Translations under genes and position numbers: made by a program
Notes under the pieces: generated by a model
Seen by the model: the letters and a program-made list of their open reading frames with translations, nothing else
Databases searched by the model: none
What the model was told of the DNA's origin: nothing
Part shown: piece by piece, positions 12,170 to 24,500 of the stretch
Numbering within the stretch: the first letter of the stretch is position 1
Layout: every line of letters begins with the position of its first letter
DNA from: Octopus sinensis
Lineage: Eukaryota
Direction of reading: 5' to 3'
Assembly (NCBI RefSeq): GCF_006345805.1
Contig: NC_043007.1
Coordinates: 53,816,001 to 53,880,000 of the forward strand
Length of the DNA stretch: 64,000 bases

Positions 12170-13990
12170 CATCATCATCATCGTTTAATGTCTGTTTTTC
12201 ATGCTAGCATGGGTTCGACAGTTCGACCAGGGTCTGGAAAGCCAGGAGGCTGCACCAGGTTGCAGTCTGATTTGACAGTGTTTCTACAGCTGGATGCCCT
12301 TCCTAACGCCAACCACTCCCTGGGTATAGTGGGTGCTTTTTACGTTCCACCGGCACAGGGGCCAGAGGAGACTGGCAATGGCCACAATTGGTTGGTGCTT
12401 TTTACATGCTAATGGCACAGAAGCCAGTCAAGGTGGCACTGGCATCGGCCATGTTCGAATGGTGTTTTTTACATGTCACTGGCACGGGTATCACAACTAC
12501 AATTTCCATTGATGTTGATGTTGATGTACTTGACTCAATAGGTTTCCTCAAGCAGGTCATCCTACAATCCAAGGTACTTTGAATGGTCTGGGGCTGGTTA
12601 TGTGAAGCTGGTGTAGGATATGCCATGGACACACTTTATTTGTTGGGTCCTTGCAGTCACAGAATATCTCCAGAGGTCTCGGGCTTTTGTCATTGCCTCT
12701 ATGAGGTCTAACATTTGAAGGTCATGCTTCACCACCTCATCCCATGTCTTCCTGGGTCTACCTCTACCCTGGATTCCTTCAACTGTTAGGGAGTAGCACT
12801 TCTTCACACATCTCTCCTTATCCATCCATAGTACAGGACCATACCATCGCAAACATCTCTCTTGCATGTCACATCCAATGCTTCTTATGTCCAACATTTC
12901 TCTCAGGGCACTTACACTCTGTCATGTGTGCACACTGACATTACACATCCAGTGGATCATGCTAGCTTCACTTCTTTCGAGTCTATGCATGTCCTCCGCA
13001 GTCACGGTCCATGTTTCACTGCCATGAAGCATGGCAGTTCACACACATGCATCATACAATCTACGTGTCACTCTGAGTGAGTGACCTTTTGTCACCAGTA
13101 GGAGTAGGAGCTTTCTAAACTTTGCCCAGGCAATTCTTATTCTAGTGGTAACACCCTCTGAGCATCCACCTCCACTACTAACTTGGTCACCTAGATAGCG
13201 GAAGCTATCAACTACTTCTAGTTTCTCCCCCTGGTGTGTAATGGAATCTGTTTTCTGAGTATCTGCCGCACATGAAAGCTATCTTCTTGGTTAATTTTCC
13301 TTTGATGTTGCTGCACCTCTTATGTGTCCATAGCGTACACTGGGTACATCTTATAGGTTTCTACCTACACCTTTTCTACAGATCGAGCAGGGCCATCTAC
13401 CTGAGGGGGTGTGTGATGACTTCGTCTTCCTACTTACTAGAACTTTGGTCTTTGCTACATTGACTCTAAGGCCTTTTGATTCTAAACCTTGCTTCCGGTA
13501 GTGATTCTGCTATGAGGGCCAGGTCATCAGCATAGAGGAACTCCCGGGGGCAACCCATCTTGAATGCCTGTTATTGCCTGGAGGACTATGATGAATAAAA
13601 GGTGACTGAGGGCTGAACCTTGGTGGACGCCTACTTCTACCCGGAATTCTTCACTATACTCATTGCCAATCCTAACCTTACTAATGGCCTCTCTGTATAG
13701 GGCCTGTACAGCCCTTATTAACCATTCATCAATCTCCAGTTTCTGCATCGCCCACCAAATAAGGGATTGGGGACCCTGTCAAAGGCTTTCTCCAAGTCCC
13801 CAAAAGAGGGGTTTATCTTTAGCTAGGTATTTCTCCTGCTGTTGTCGAACCATGAATATGGCATCAGTGGTGCTTCTACCCGGCACAAAAGTGAATTGCA
13901 TCTCATCTAAGTAGTCTCTCTCTCCCTAATGAGATGGATTATGACCCCCTCCGTGACCTTCATCACCTGATCCAACAGTTTGATACCTCT
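12170..13990 (-). mobile_element. RTE LINE, 5'-truncated and internally deleted copy
   Basis: Reverse-complement homology to 23300-25558: RT motifs (GVHQGSALS, LCADDL), C-terminal GRGRPRKTW, 3' repeat units and the (CAT)n tail. Confidence 0.9.
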
Positions 13991-15046
13991 GTAGTTATAT
14001 GTATGTGTGTAGTTATATATGTATACACACACATATACACATATACACACATGCATGCATATATAGCAGAGCTACATATTACATATTACTTTCTTTGTAT
14101 GTAAGCTTACATGTTTTTGTATCATACTACATGCTTCCACCACAAAAAGTGAACACAGAATAAACAATAGATTTATGCACAAAAATGTCTTATGGTGATT
14201 CATACTAACTGTTTTTCCATTTAGTAACAAGCACTTGAACAGCCAATAACAGTTGCTATACATGCAAATACATACAGAGAAATTTATGTATGCGCTTGCA
14301 CATCCACACACACATGTATACATACATACATACATACATACATACACACAGTACCAACCACAGTACATTTCCTGTTTACCACGTGGCCTTTTTCTGAAGG
14401 AATTATTAAAACTATGATACCATATGACCTTCCTTGATCAATTGCAGCCCATCTACTAGTAGTCATCTTCGATTTCCTGCACCTCTATTTTTATTTGAAT
14501 CTCCACTGGTCTGATGATAAGTCACCTCAGGAGCTTTGAAACTCTCAGTAGCATGGTATTTGAATCAAACTGTTCTGATCCAAATGCACCCCCACCCCCC
14601 ACATATATATGTATATAGCAATGAATTTACACACGTCCCATTGGTGATTTCTTTTCCTTCTTTGGACTTTTCCCTTTCACATGTTATCTTGTCTCTGAAT
14701 TATAAGTTAGTTGTTTAGGCCGGTTACTGACGAGGATTCGCCTGGTAGATAATATGGTCTTGCTAAATTATCTATTAAAAGATGGTAAGCGATATTATTT
14801 GCTAAAGAAATCTGAAGCCATGGTATAACCGTTATATGGTTTATATTTTTTCATTTACTTCGAAATTTGCTATAAAATTGTGGTTTTTGGCTGTGTTGGC
14901 TGCTATTTCTAGCATGTAAAATTACCTGTTAAAGGGTAATTTTCTATTTTGAAATACGAATATGTTGTCCATTGACTTTTTATACATGCTAGGCCACTGG
15001 TGGTGATGTTTATAACGAGTATTTGCCACCCTATATATATATATAT

Positions 15047-15233
15047 ATCATCATCATCATCATCATCATCATCATCGTTTAACGTCCGTTCTCCATGCTA
15101 GCATGGGTTGGACGGTTCGACCGGGGATCTGGGAAGCCAGAAGGCTGCACCAGGCTCCAGTCTTATCTAGCAATGTTTCTACAGCTGGATGCCCTTCCTA
15201 ACGCCAACCACTCCGTGAGTGTAGTGGGTGCTT
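15047..15233 (-). mobile_element. RTE 3' tail fragment
   Basis: (CAT)n followed by cgtttaacgtccgtt...gctggatgcccttcctaacgccaaccactcc, the reverse complement of the tail at about 25385-25558. Confidence 0.85.
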
Positions 15234-15244
15234 TATATATATAT

Positions 15245-15326
<82 letters not shown>

Positions 15327-15548
15327 GAAACATAGATCAACTGATAGATAGATGTGTGTGTGTGTGTAAGTATGTATATATGCATATGTGCTTATATATT
15401 TAAATATGTTTCTATGTGTACATGTGTATTCATATTCATATATAAGTACATAAGTATGAATATATTCATTTGTATATAAGTGTGTGTATATATACATACA
15501 TGCATGTGTATGTATGTATATGATGATATGTATATATCATATATATAT
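15234..15548. repeat. Compound (TA)n/(TAGA)n/(TG)n microsatellite
   Basis: Directly visible simple repeats. Confidence 0.9.
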
Positions 15549-15835
15549 TATCATCATTTAATGTCCATTGTCCATGCTTGCATGAGTTGGACTGTTCGAC
15601 CAGGGCTGGCAAGTTGGAAGAGTGCACCAGACTCCAGTTTGATTTGGCATGGTTTCTATGACTGGATGCCCTTCCTAATGCCAACTACTCCAAGAGTGCA
15701 ATGGGTGATTTTGCATGCCATTGGCACAAATACCATTTGCATGATACCACTATCTGTCACAATTACAATTTCACTTGGCTTGATGGGTCTTTTTCTCAAG
15801 CACAGTATATTGCTAAAGGTCTTGGTTATTTGATA
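15549..15835 (-). mobile_element. Older RTE 3' tail fragment
   Basis: Diverged copy of the same tail (catcatttaatgtccattg...ggatgcccttcctaatgccaac). Confidence 0.75.
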
Positions 15836-16053
15836 CATATGTATACACATATATATAAACACTTTCCTGTCTGCTCCTTCACATCTCCCCTGTCACCCCC
15901 TTTGGGTCTCTTCCCTCCCACAGCTTACTTCCCCCCTCATCTACCCAACTTCTCACTCCCCTCTGTGCTTTCTCCCATCACACCCCTGCCCTTTCCATAT
16001 CTACACTCAAAAACTGACTGCACTCACCACCACAACCATACACCACTAGTAAG

Positions 16054-16215
16054 ATGCCAAGAAATTGGAAGTCTACAGAGATAGGAATGTTCTTATATGC
16101 CTGTGAAATTGCAGAAGGTGATTCACCAAATAATTTGATTACAGCTGCCCTGAAGAACAATGGTTTCTCCAGATCTGTGGCACAAATAGAGCGGAAGAAG
16201 AATGAGTTCATCTGA
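16054..16215 (+). CDS. 53-aa micro-ORF, Myb/SANT (trihelix)-like, in the ORF1 position of a CR1-like LINE
   Basis: My translation: MPRNWKSTEIGMFLYACEIAEGDSPNNLITAALKNNGFSRSVAQIERKKNEFI*. There is an in-frame stop upstream (16015-16017), and the ORF ends 14 nt before the ORF2 ATG at 16230. Domain similarity is judged by eye. Confidence 0.45.
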   Translation: MPRNWKSTEIGMFLYACEIAEGDSPNNLITAALKNNGFSRSVAQIERKKNEFI

Positions 16216-16229
16216 TCTTATGCGCTCAT

Positions 16230-18985
16230 ATGGCCACACCTGGAGAAACTGGCAGTGTCATTTTTTTGCCACTTTTGGAAATGATATCCAGTTTCTCCAA
16301 GTGTAGCTATATAAGCACACCTGATACCTCAAATCATGATGGAAAATTTGAGGAAAGCCTCAGTGCGATAAAGAAAGTACTTACTCAATTGGATCAACGT
16401 ACTACTATATTCTTGATGGGTGACCTCAACTTTCTCATCATCAGGTGGCCTGATGGCAATATAACCCCAGGAATGACGCACAATGAGCAAAATCAAGCAG
16501 AAGTTCTACTTGATCTTATGAAAATGCTATTCATGGAGCAGATCATACTCTCTTCAACCAGGCACAAAAATATCCTGGACTTCTGTTTCACTAACAATGT
16601 GGAAATTATCCACAATGTAAATATATCACCAACAATATTCTCAGACCATTACATGATAGAACTGACAATGTATGACCCTGAATTAACTAAAGATAAACTC
16701 CACACAGATGGTGCTCAAACCCTATCTAGCCTAAATTTCTATAAGGCTGATTGGAAGTCACTTGAAACACTGATACTTCAGCAGGACTGGTGTAAAAGCC
16801 CCTCTATGCAAAACATAGATATGAAACTCAATAAATTCATGTCAACAATGGGAGCCCTATGCATTAAATATATCCCAGAGAAGAGAACCAATACACACAA
16901 AAACATCATTCCGCGAGACAGGAGAATACTCATGTGGCAGAGAATAAAGATCTCGAATTGTTTAAACAAACACCTCAATGACAGTGTAAAATTCCACCTG
17001 ACAGAGTAACTCTTCAAGATTAAAAATAAACTGAAAATCTCCCATGAAAAAGAAAGAGAAACCTGGGCAGTCGAAAAAATAAAAATAAACCTTAAAGCCT
17101 TCTACATGTTGGCAAAGGAGTCTGCCTCAGTATGCTATAAGATAGGGCCACTATTTGGTAAAATCGGCTCACTAACTGCAGACCAGAGGAAGATAAGTGA
17201 AGCACTAAATAAACATTTCCAAAGTGTTTTCACTTCTCCACCAGAAAATATGCAAATAAACAAGCCCGAAGAGTTTTGCAATGTAATGAATCTATTCAGA
17301 AAAGAGGCAACTATCAATTACATCAACATAACAGAAGATGATGTAATATTGGCCATTGATGAGATGAGATTAAACTCAGCAAGAGGCCCAGATGGATGCC
17401 TAGCTGTTCTCTTAAAGACATGTAGAAAGGCTCTTGCAAAGCCACTACAGATACTCTTTCAGAGTTTCCTTGCATGTGGTAGACTTCCCAACATGCTAAA
17501 AGAGGGTATAACATGCCCTGTCCATAAAGGAGGGAGCAGAGCAGAAGCTAAAAACTACAGGCCCATCTCTCTGGCCTCACATATTAGCAAGGCAATGGAA
17601 TGCATTGTCAGAAAAAGGCCGATCATGTTCCTAGAAGAAAACATCGTTCTCACAGACACACAACATGGCTTCCATCCAGAGAGGAGCTGCCTCACACAGT
17701 TACTGCAGCACTTTGACTGGGTACTGAAGCAACAGCTAAACCAGTCAGCTGTAGACGGGATATACCTCGACTTTGCCAAGGCCTCCGACAAGGTTGATCA
17801 TGGCATGATTTGTCATAAATTGCAAAACTTTGGTATTACTAGGAAACTGGGAGAGTGGCTGCATGATTTTCTGAAGGGCAGGCATCAGACAGTTGTAGCC
17901 AGTTGTGTTCACTCTGAAAAGGTACCAATTCTCAGTGTAGTCCCACAGAGACACAAAAAGTAGTGGCCCTCTCAGACATGCCCTCCATGGTATAGTCAGC
18001 CAACCTGACCAGTTATGCTGACAACAAAAATTAATCGCAGGCAGTTAGGAACCCAGACAATATCATAAAATTGCAGAAATGCTTGAATGAAACCTGCAAA
18101 TAGGCTAACAAAAATAACATGCAGTTTAATGTTATAAAATTTCAGGCACTCCACTATCGGTCCAACACCAGGCTAAAATCGGAATACACTGGACCAGAAG
18201 GTAATATGATTCCAGAGTCAGAGTCGGTGCATGACCTGGGGGTTCACATGAGCAATGATGCAACATTCCATGTGCATATTAACAAGATGGTAAGACTGTA
18301 CAGGCAAGTGGCTGGCTGGATTCTGATAACATTCAGAACCAGGTAGAGGGGAGCCCTACTACTCCTATGGAAGACTTACCTTTTTAGCCGCTTAGACTAC
18401 TGCTCCCAACTATGGTCCTCAGAGAGTGTGAAACAAACTGTGGAACTCGAAGCAATCCTGTGCCAATACACAAAGAAGATAGACTTGATGCAAAAGATGA
18501 GCTGCTGGGAGAGGCTAAAGGAGCTGAGTCTCTATTCCCTGGAAAGAAGATGAGAAAGATATGTGGTAATATATATTTGGAAGATCTTGGAGGGTTTAGC
18601 TCCCAGTTTTGGAATTGACAGCTATACCAATCCTTGAACTGGACGGCACTGCATCATACCAAAGATCCTGTTTTCCTCATCTAAAGTAAGGACACAGTAC
18701 TGCAATAGTCTGGGTTTGAAGGGCCTGCAATTGTTCAACATCGTGCCGGGCAACCTTAGAGATGTACCTGCTGTTGATGTGGAAGTTTTCAAGCAATGTC
18801 TGGACAGGTTTCTGTCTGAGATACCAGATGAACCCACACCACGACAGAAGATTCAAAGAAGAGCAGCTCCGTACAACTCGCTACTTCACCAAAAACAATA
18901 TCGGAAACAACACCAAATAACTACAGGTGGTGCACTAGCATGACCTCATCCCTTGGTTGAAACCAGTAAGAGGTAAAAGATAAAG

Positions 18986-18987
<2 letters not shown>
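16230..18987 (+). mobile_element. CR1-like LINE ORF2 relic (APE + RT) with 3' tail
   Basis: APE motifs IFLMGDLN, NILDFCFTN and SDHY; RT motifs NYRPISLASHISK, QHGF, YLDFAKASDKVDH and a YADD-like agttatgctgac. The tail ends taaaagataaagat. Many frameshifts. Confidence 0.85.
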
Positions 18988-19025
<38 letters not shown>

Positions 19026-19027
19026 AT

Positions 19028-19845
19028 ACTAGCTTAAGGTGACCTGCTCTACACGCAGGTGAGGGTGTGGTTGTTACTTTCTGTTTCTTATCACTACATT
19101 CTCCCTATTTGTTTCTCTCTCTTTTCTCTCTCACTTTCCCATTCTCTTACTTTTCCTTTCTCTCGGACTCTCCTCAACTTTCTCTTACTCTCTATCTTTC
19201 TCTATCTATCTCTCTCCCATTTATAAAAAAACAAAAGATCTTGAGTAAGTTGAGAAAGAAAATATTTTGAAAGATCAATCATAAATATCAGGCAGTGACA
19301 ATGGAAAGCACACTTGCCTTTGTATGTGCCACTATTTGAGCAATTAAAAATAAAGAAAAAAGGATTTCTTTGTTAAATTTAGTACTTATTTTGGGAATTT
19401 TTTGATGATTGACCATACAAATGAAAGCTCTAAACACGGGCTACATGCAGCTGTAAATTTTTTTCAGAAAAAATGAAAAATGTAAACAATAAAAAAATAA
19501 AATGAGAAATTTTTTCAATTTCAAAAATCTTGTCATGATTTTCAAAATTTCGAAACCCATTTTCCACGCTTAAATTACAGATCCACTTCCACTTTACCAT
19601 GTTGAAAATTTGATTGAAATCGGGCAAGGGTGTCTAATCTAGACCCCCAAGTGTCCCCAAAAATCAATAAAATCCCCGTTTTCACAGCAAAGCAACCACT
19701 GTAATGCCCCAAAACCCCTCCAAATCAATTTTTCACTTTGAGTTACCCACTCCTGTAAATTTTAACCCCCTTCCAGCTCCATTTAGACCCCTTTTTACAT
19801 AAAAATCCAATTTGTATCAACTTTCGTCTTCTTCATTTTATAGAT
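19028..19845 (+). mobile_element. Non-autonomous Helitron/Helentron-like (HINE/DINE-1-type) element, putative
   Basis: Starts ACTAGC with a subterminal inverted repeat (acctgc-N7-gcaggt), has a pyrimidine-rich interior and ends ttttatagat. A second similar start (tacccagccttgctcgg) follows at about 19856. Confidence 0.4.
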
Positions 19846-20244
19846 TAGACAGATATACCCAGCCTTGCTCGGAATTAAAATAGTTTATTATTGTTTCACT
19901 TGTTTCGGTATTATAACACGATTTCATTCGGGTCTACGCGGGTCACATTTTAAAAGATGAATAATTTTGCCCTAGAGGCCATGCCTTTCAATTGAGCAAA
20001 CTCACTAGCACTTTTAACATAGATGTGCATATTTTCAGCTCAGTCTGACCACATATACACAAATTATATATACATATACATATATATATATATATATAAT
20101 ATATATATATATAATATATATATATATATATACATATGCATTAAATATGTACATATATACGCATTATATATACATGTCTACACACACACACATATATATA
20201 AATATATACACTTTATATATATATACGCACATATATATATATAT

Positions 20245-20660
20245 ATGTTGTTATATTTTGGAATGGTCATTTTGCCAGTTTAACCAATAAAAACACACGC
20301 ACTATATATTTGGTGTTACTTTGCTTCAGCGTTATTTATTTTTTACATTAATCTTAATCTTATTTCAGCCAGAGTTCTTTTGTCACACTCCTGTGACTGC
20401 ATCAGTGGTCCTTTGCTTTCTTCTTTCTTATTTGTGTGTCTCTTCTTACTAACCGTCAGCCATTTTGTATTTCTATTGTATGTGTCTTCATTTGCGCATA
20501 CATATATCTCTATGTGCGTCTATGTTTAGTTAGTGTGTGTGTGTGGGGGGGGGTGAAATGCCTGTAATATTTGTATTTCCTGTTTATATACATTCATGTA
20601 ATTTGTTTTTGTTTTTGTTTTTGTTTATTCTTATTTTGTTCATGTGTTTATACTCACTTA
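20245..20660 (-). mobile_element. Putative Penelope-like terminal repeat with degenerate hammerhead-like motif
   Basis: The minus strand reads ctgatgca-gtcac-aggagt-gtgac-aaaa (20371-20410). Its end (20255-20312) recurs at 37310-37372. Confidence 0.35.
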
Positions 20661-20676
20661 TTATTATTATTATTAT

Positions 20677-21180
20677 TCATGCAAATTTGTCTGATCTCTA
20701 GTGGTTAAGCTGTTTATTATTATTATTATTAGTATTAGTATTATCCCTTTGATCCCTGGTCGTCAATCTGTTTATTATTATTTTCAGCCTCGCCTTGTAT
20801 TGCATATTATGTATAATTCATTAGTTATCGTTGACCATCGATTCGGCCTCGCGTCTCGCTAAATATAGAATAGATATTTAAGTTTTTCCATACAGGGGTC
20901 TCAATGGCGGCCGATTTTTCGCGGGGTGCCACTATTCCCTTTCTCTCTCTCCCTCTTTACGTTGTCTGTCCTCCCCCTCTTCCTTTTCCCTCCCATTGCT
21001 AAGCATTCTTAAGCTAGCCCGTAAAGTAACCTGCCTCATTCTTGATTTCAAATTCCTTCTGCCGAGTCAGTCCGAAAACGAAATGTTTCCAAGATAAGAA
21101 AACCTTTTTTAACCTAATTCATCCTGTATTTACCAGTAATATTCTCATGCAAATTTGTTTGATCTCTAGTGGTTAAGCTG

Positions 21181-21214
<34 letters not shown>

Positions 21215-21409
21215 GTATTAGTATTATCCCTTTGATCCCTGGTCGTCAATCTGTTTATTATTATTTTCAGCCTCGCCTCGTATTGCATATTATGTATAAT
21301 TCATTAGTTATCGTTGACCATCGATTCGGCCTCGCGTCTCGCTAAATATAGAATAGATATTTAAGTTTTTCCATACAGGGGTCTCAATGGCGGCCGATTT
21401 TTCGTGGGG
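20677..21409 (+). repeat. Near-identical ~250-bp direct repeat pair upstream of the RTE
   Basis: 20677-20926 and 21145-21409 differ mainly in the length of a (TTA)n run. Both end ttccatacag-gggtctca-ATGGCGGCCG. Confidence 0.9.
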
Positions 21410-21599
21410 CTCGCCCGCCCTCCCACCCCCTCCACCGTTACAGGAAGCCAAAAATTTTCTCATCTCTGTCTCTGATGTACACTTTAAGTTTTACGCTGCT
21501 CCCCCACCACTACAGGAAGTCCAAAATTTTCTCATCCTTATTGTCTCCCATGTACATGTCTGTCTCCCATGTACACTTCGCATCCCTGTTGTCTACGCC

Positions 21600-24500
21600 A
21601 CTTTCTCCTCCTTCCATAAATGGTAGTGGTCATTCATTGCAAGATATATTGGTGACGTACGCGGTTTGAACTTAGGTTTAATTGTCTGTTTATGAATCCT
21701 GCCAAACGCGAGTTTTCTTTTCAGGTTCATGATGCTACTAGGTCCAATGCCTCCCACTCCCTCAGGATTGGCACCCTCAACGTTGGCACACTGAAAGGCA
21801 GATCTGGCGAGATCGTTGAATTGCTTGAATGGAGGTGTGTGGATATATGCTGTGTTCAAGAGGTGAGGTGGAGAGGAGGTTCTGCTAGGTTCCTCACAGG
21901 TAAAGGACAGAGGTACAAGATTTTCTGGGCTGGGAATACTGAAGGGGTCGGGGGAGTAGGTATGCTTATTGCCGAAAAATGGGTAGGTAAGGTAATCGAG
22001 GTATTAGAGTATGTGACAGAATACTGAAGATTAGTTTAGTGCTCCATCATAGTTTAGCAACTATTATATTGGCCTATGCCCCTCAGCCAGGGCTACCCGA
22101 TGGACAGAAAGACTGTTTCTATGACACCCTACTGCAGACCACCTCACTGACGAACGACAGGGACCTTCTCTTTGTGGGTGGTGACTTCAATGGGCATGTT
22201 GGACGATATGCTGAGGGCTTCTATAGCGTTCATGGAGGCTATGGTTATGGTTCTCGCAATGAGGAGGGAACCAGGCTGCTGGAGTTCTGTGATGCGAATA
22301 GTCTTATGGTTTGCAACACTAACTTCAGGAAACCGACAAGCCACTTGGTCACCTACCGTTCGGGCCAGCATACTAGCCAAATCGACTACATCCTTACCAG
22401 AAAAAGGGAAATATGGCTGCTTATAAATGCCAAAACCTTCCCAGGCGAAGAGTGTACCCCACAACATAGACTGGTAGTCAGTGACTTTAGAATCAGGACT
22501 AAGAGGACGACTAGAAGATGACCAACATGGAGAAGAAGGGTCTGGAAGCTTAAAGACCCTGCAAATGGACAGAGATTTAGAGACATGTTACTTGAAGCCT
22601 TCGACGAAATAGAAGGAGGTATAGCTACACATGGGGTAGAAGATAACTGGGCGCTTCTAAGGGACAACCTGCTGAAAGCCACAGACTAGATCTGTGGCTG
22701 GTGCAAAGTCCCCACAAGACCCAAAATAACGTGGTGGTGGAACAATACTGTTGACAGGGCTATTAGACAAAAGAAACAGGCTTGGAAGGACTGGAAGAAC
22801 GGTGGTAGCAGGGAAGTGTATCAGACTGCAAGAAGGGAGGCTAGGAGGCAGGTGTATTTAGCCAGAGGGGAAGCAGATAAGAAAAAATTTGCCAATGTCC
22901 TGCGCCGTGAAGATGAAAGACTTGAGGTATTTCGTGTTGCAAGACAGTGTGTGAGAGAGAAATGTGTTCGCAAGGATGACGGCTCACTTGCGCTAAATGA
23001 GGATGCAAAGAGAAAGGTTTGGAGACGCCACTATGAAAGGTTGCTGAATGAGGAAAATGAATGGGATAAAGAGAGTCTGCTGAATGTTGACAGTTCCTTA
23101 GTAGATAAGGCAATTAGAAGCATGAAAACAGGGAAAGCCCCAGGCCCATCAGGAATTACTGCAGAGATGCTCAAAATATCTGGTAGTGCTGGCTATAGCC
23201 TAGTCACCCGTATAGTTAACCAGGTGATACACGAAGGAGTCATTCCCAATGACTGGTGTAGCAGCATAATAGTCAACTGCTACAAAGGTAAAGGTGACGC
23301 CCTAGATACAAATAACTACAGGGGTATCAAGCTGCTAGATCAGGTAATGAAGGTTACGGAGAGGGTTATAGCCCAACAAATTAGAGAGAGAGTTAGCTTA
23401 GATCAGATGCAGTTTGGATTCGTGCCAGGGAAAAGTACTACTGATGCTATTTTCCTGGTAAGACAGCTGCAGGAGAAATACCTAGCCAAAGACAAGCCCC
23501 TATACCTGGCTTTTGTCGATATGGAGAAAGCCTTCGACAGGGTCCCCCGATCCCTTATCTGGTGGTCAATGAGGAAACTAGGGATAGATGAATGGTTAGT
23601 GAGAGCTGTGCAAGCCATGTACAGAGACGCTGCTAGTAAGGTGAGGGTTGGCACCGAGTACAGTGAAGAATTCAGGGTAGAGGTTGGGGTCCACCAAGGT
23701 TCAGTCCTCAGCCCCCTCCTATTTATCATAGTCCTCCAGGCAATAACGGAGGAATTCAAGACTGGATGCCCCTGGGAGCTCCTCTATGCTGATGACCTTG
23801 CTCTAATTGCTGAGTCTCTATCAGAACTGAAGGAGAAGTTTCAGGTGTGGAAGCAAGGTTTAGAATCGAAGGGTCTTAGAATCAACCTAGCCAAAACCAA
23901 AGTCCTAATAAGTAGGAAGGTAGACCAATCACAAACGCCTTCAGGTAGATGGCCTTGCTCGATCTGTAGAAAAGGCGTAGGTAGAAACTCTATAAGATGC
24001 ACCAAATGTAAGCTATGGACACATAAGAGATGTAGTAATGTCAAAGGAAGACTAACTAGGAAAATAGTTTTTATCTGTGGCAGATGCTCAGGAGCAATAA
24101 ACTCTGAAAATATGCAGAGACCAACTTCTATCACGTTTCAGGGAGAAAAACTAGAAGTAGTTGATAGCTTCCGCTACCTAGGTGACCAAGTCAGTAGCGG
24201 GGGCGGGTGTGCTGAAAGCCTGGGCAAAGTTTAGAGAGCTCTTACCCCTGCTGGTGACAAAAAGCTTCTCGCTCAAAGTAAAAGGCAGACTGTATGATGC
24301 ATGTGTACGTACAGCCATGCTACATGGTAGTGAAACTTGGGCTGTGACTGCTGAGGATTTACGTAAGCTCACAAGAAATGAAGCTAGTATGCTCCGTTGG
24401 ATGTGTAATGTCAGTGTTCATAGTCGACAGAGTGTAAGTACCTTGAGAGAAAAGTTGGACCTAAGAGGCATCAGATGTTGTGTGCAAGTGAGACGATTGC

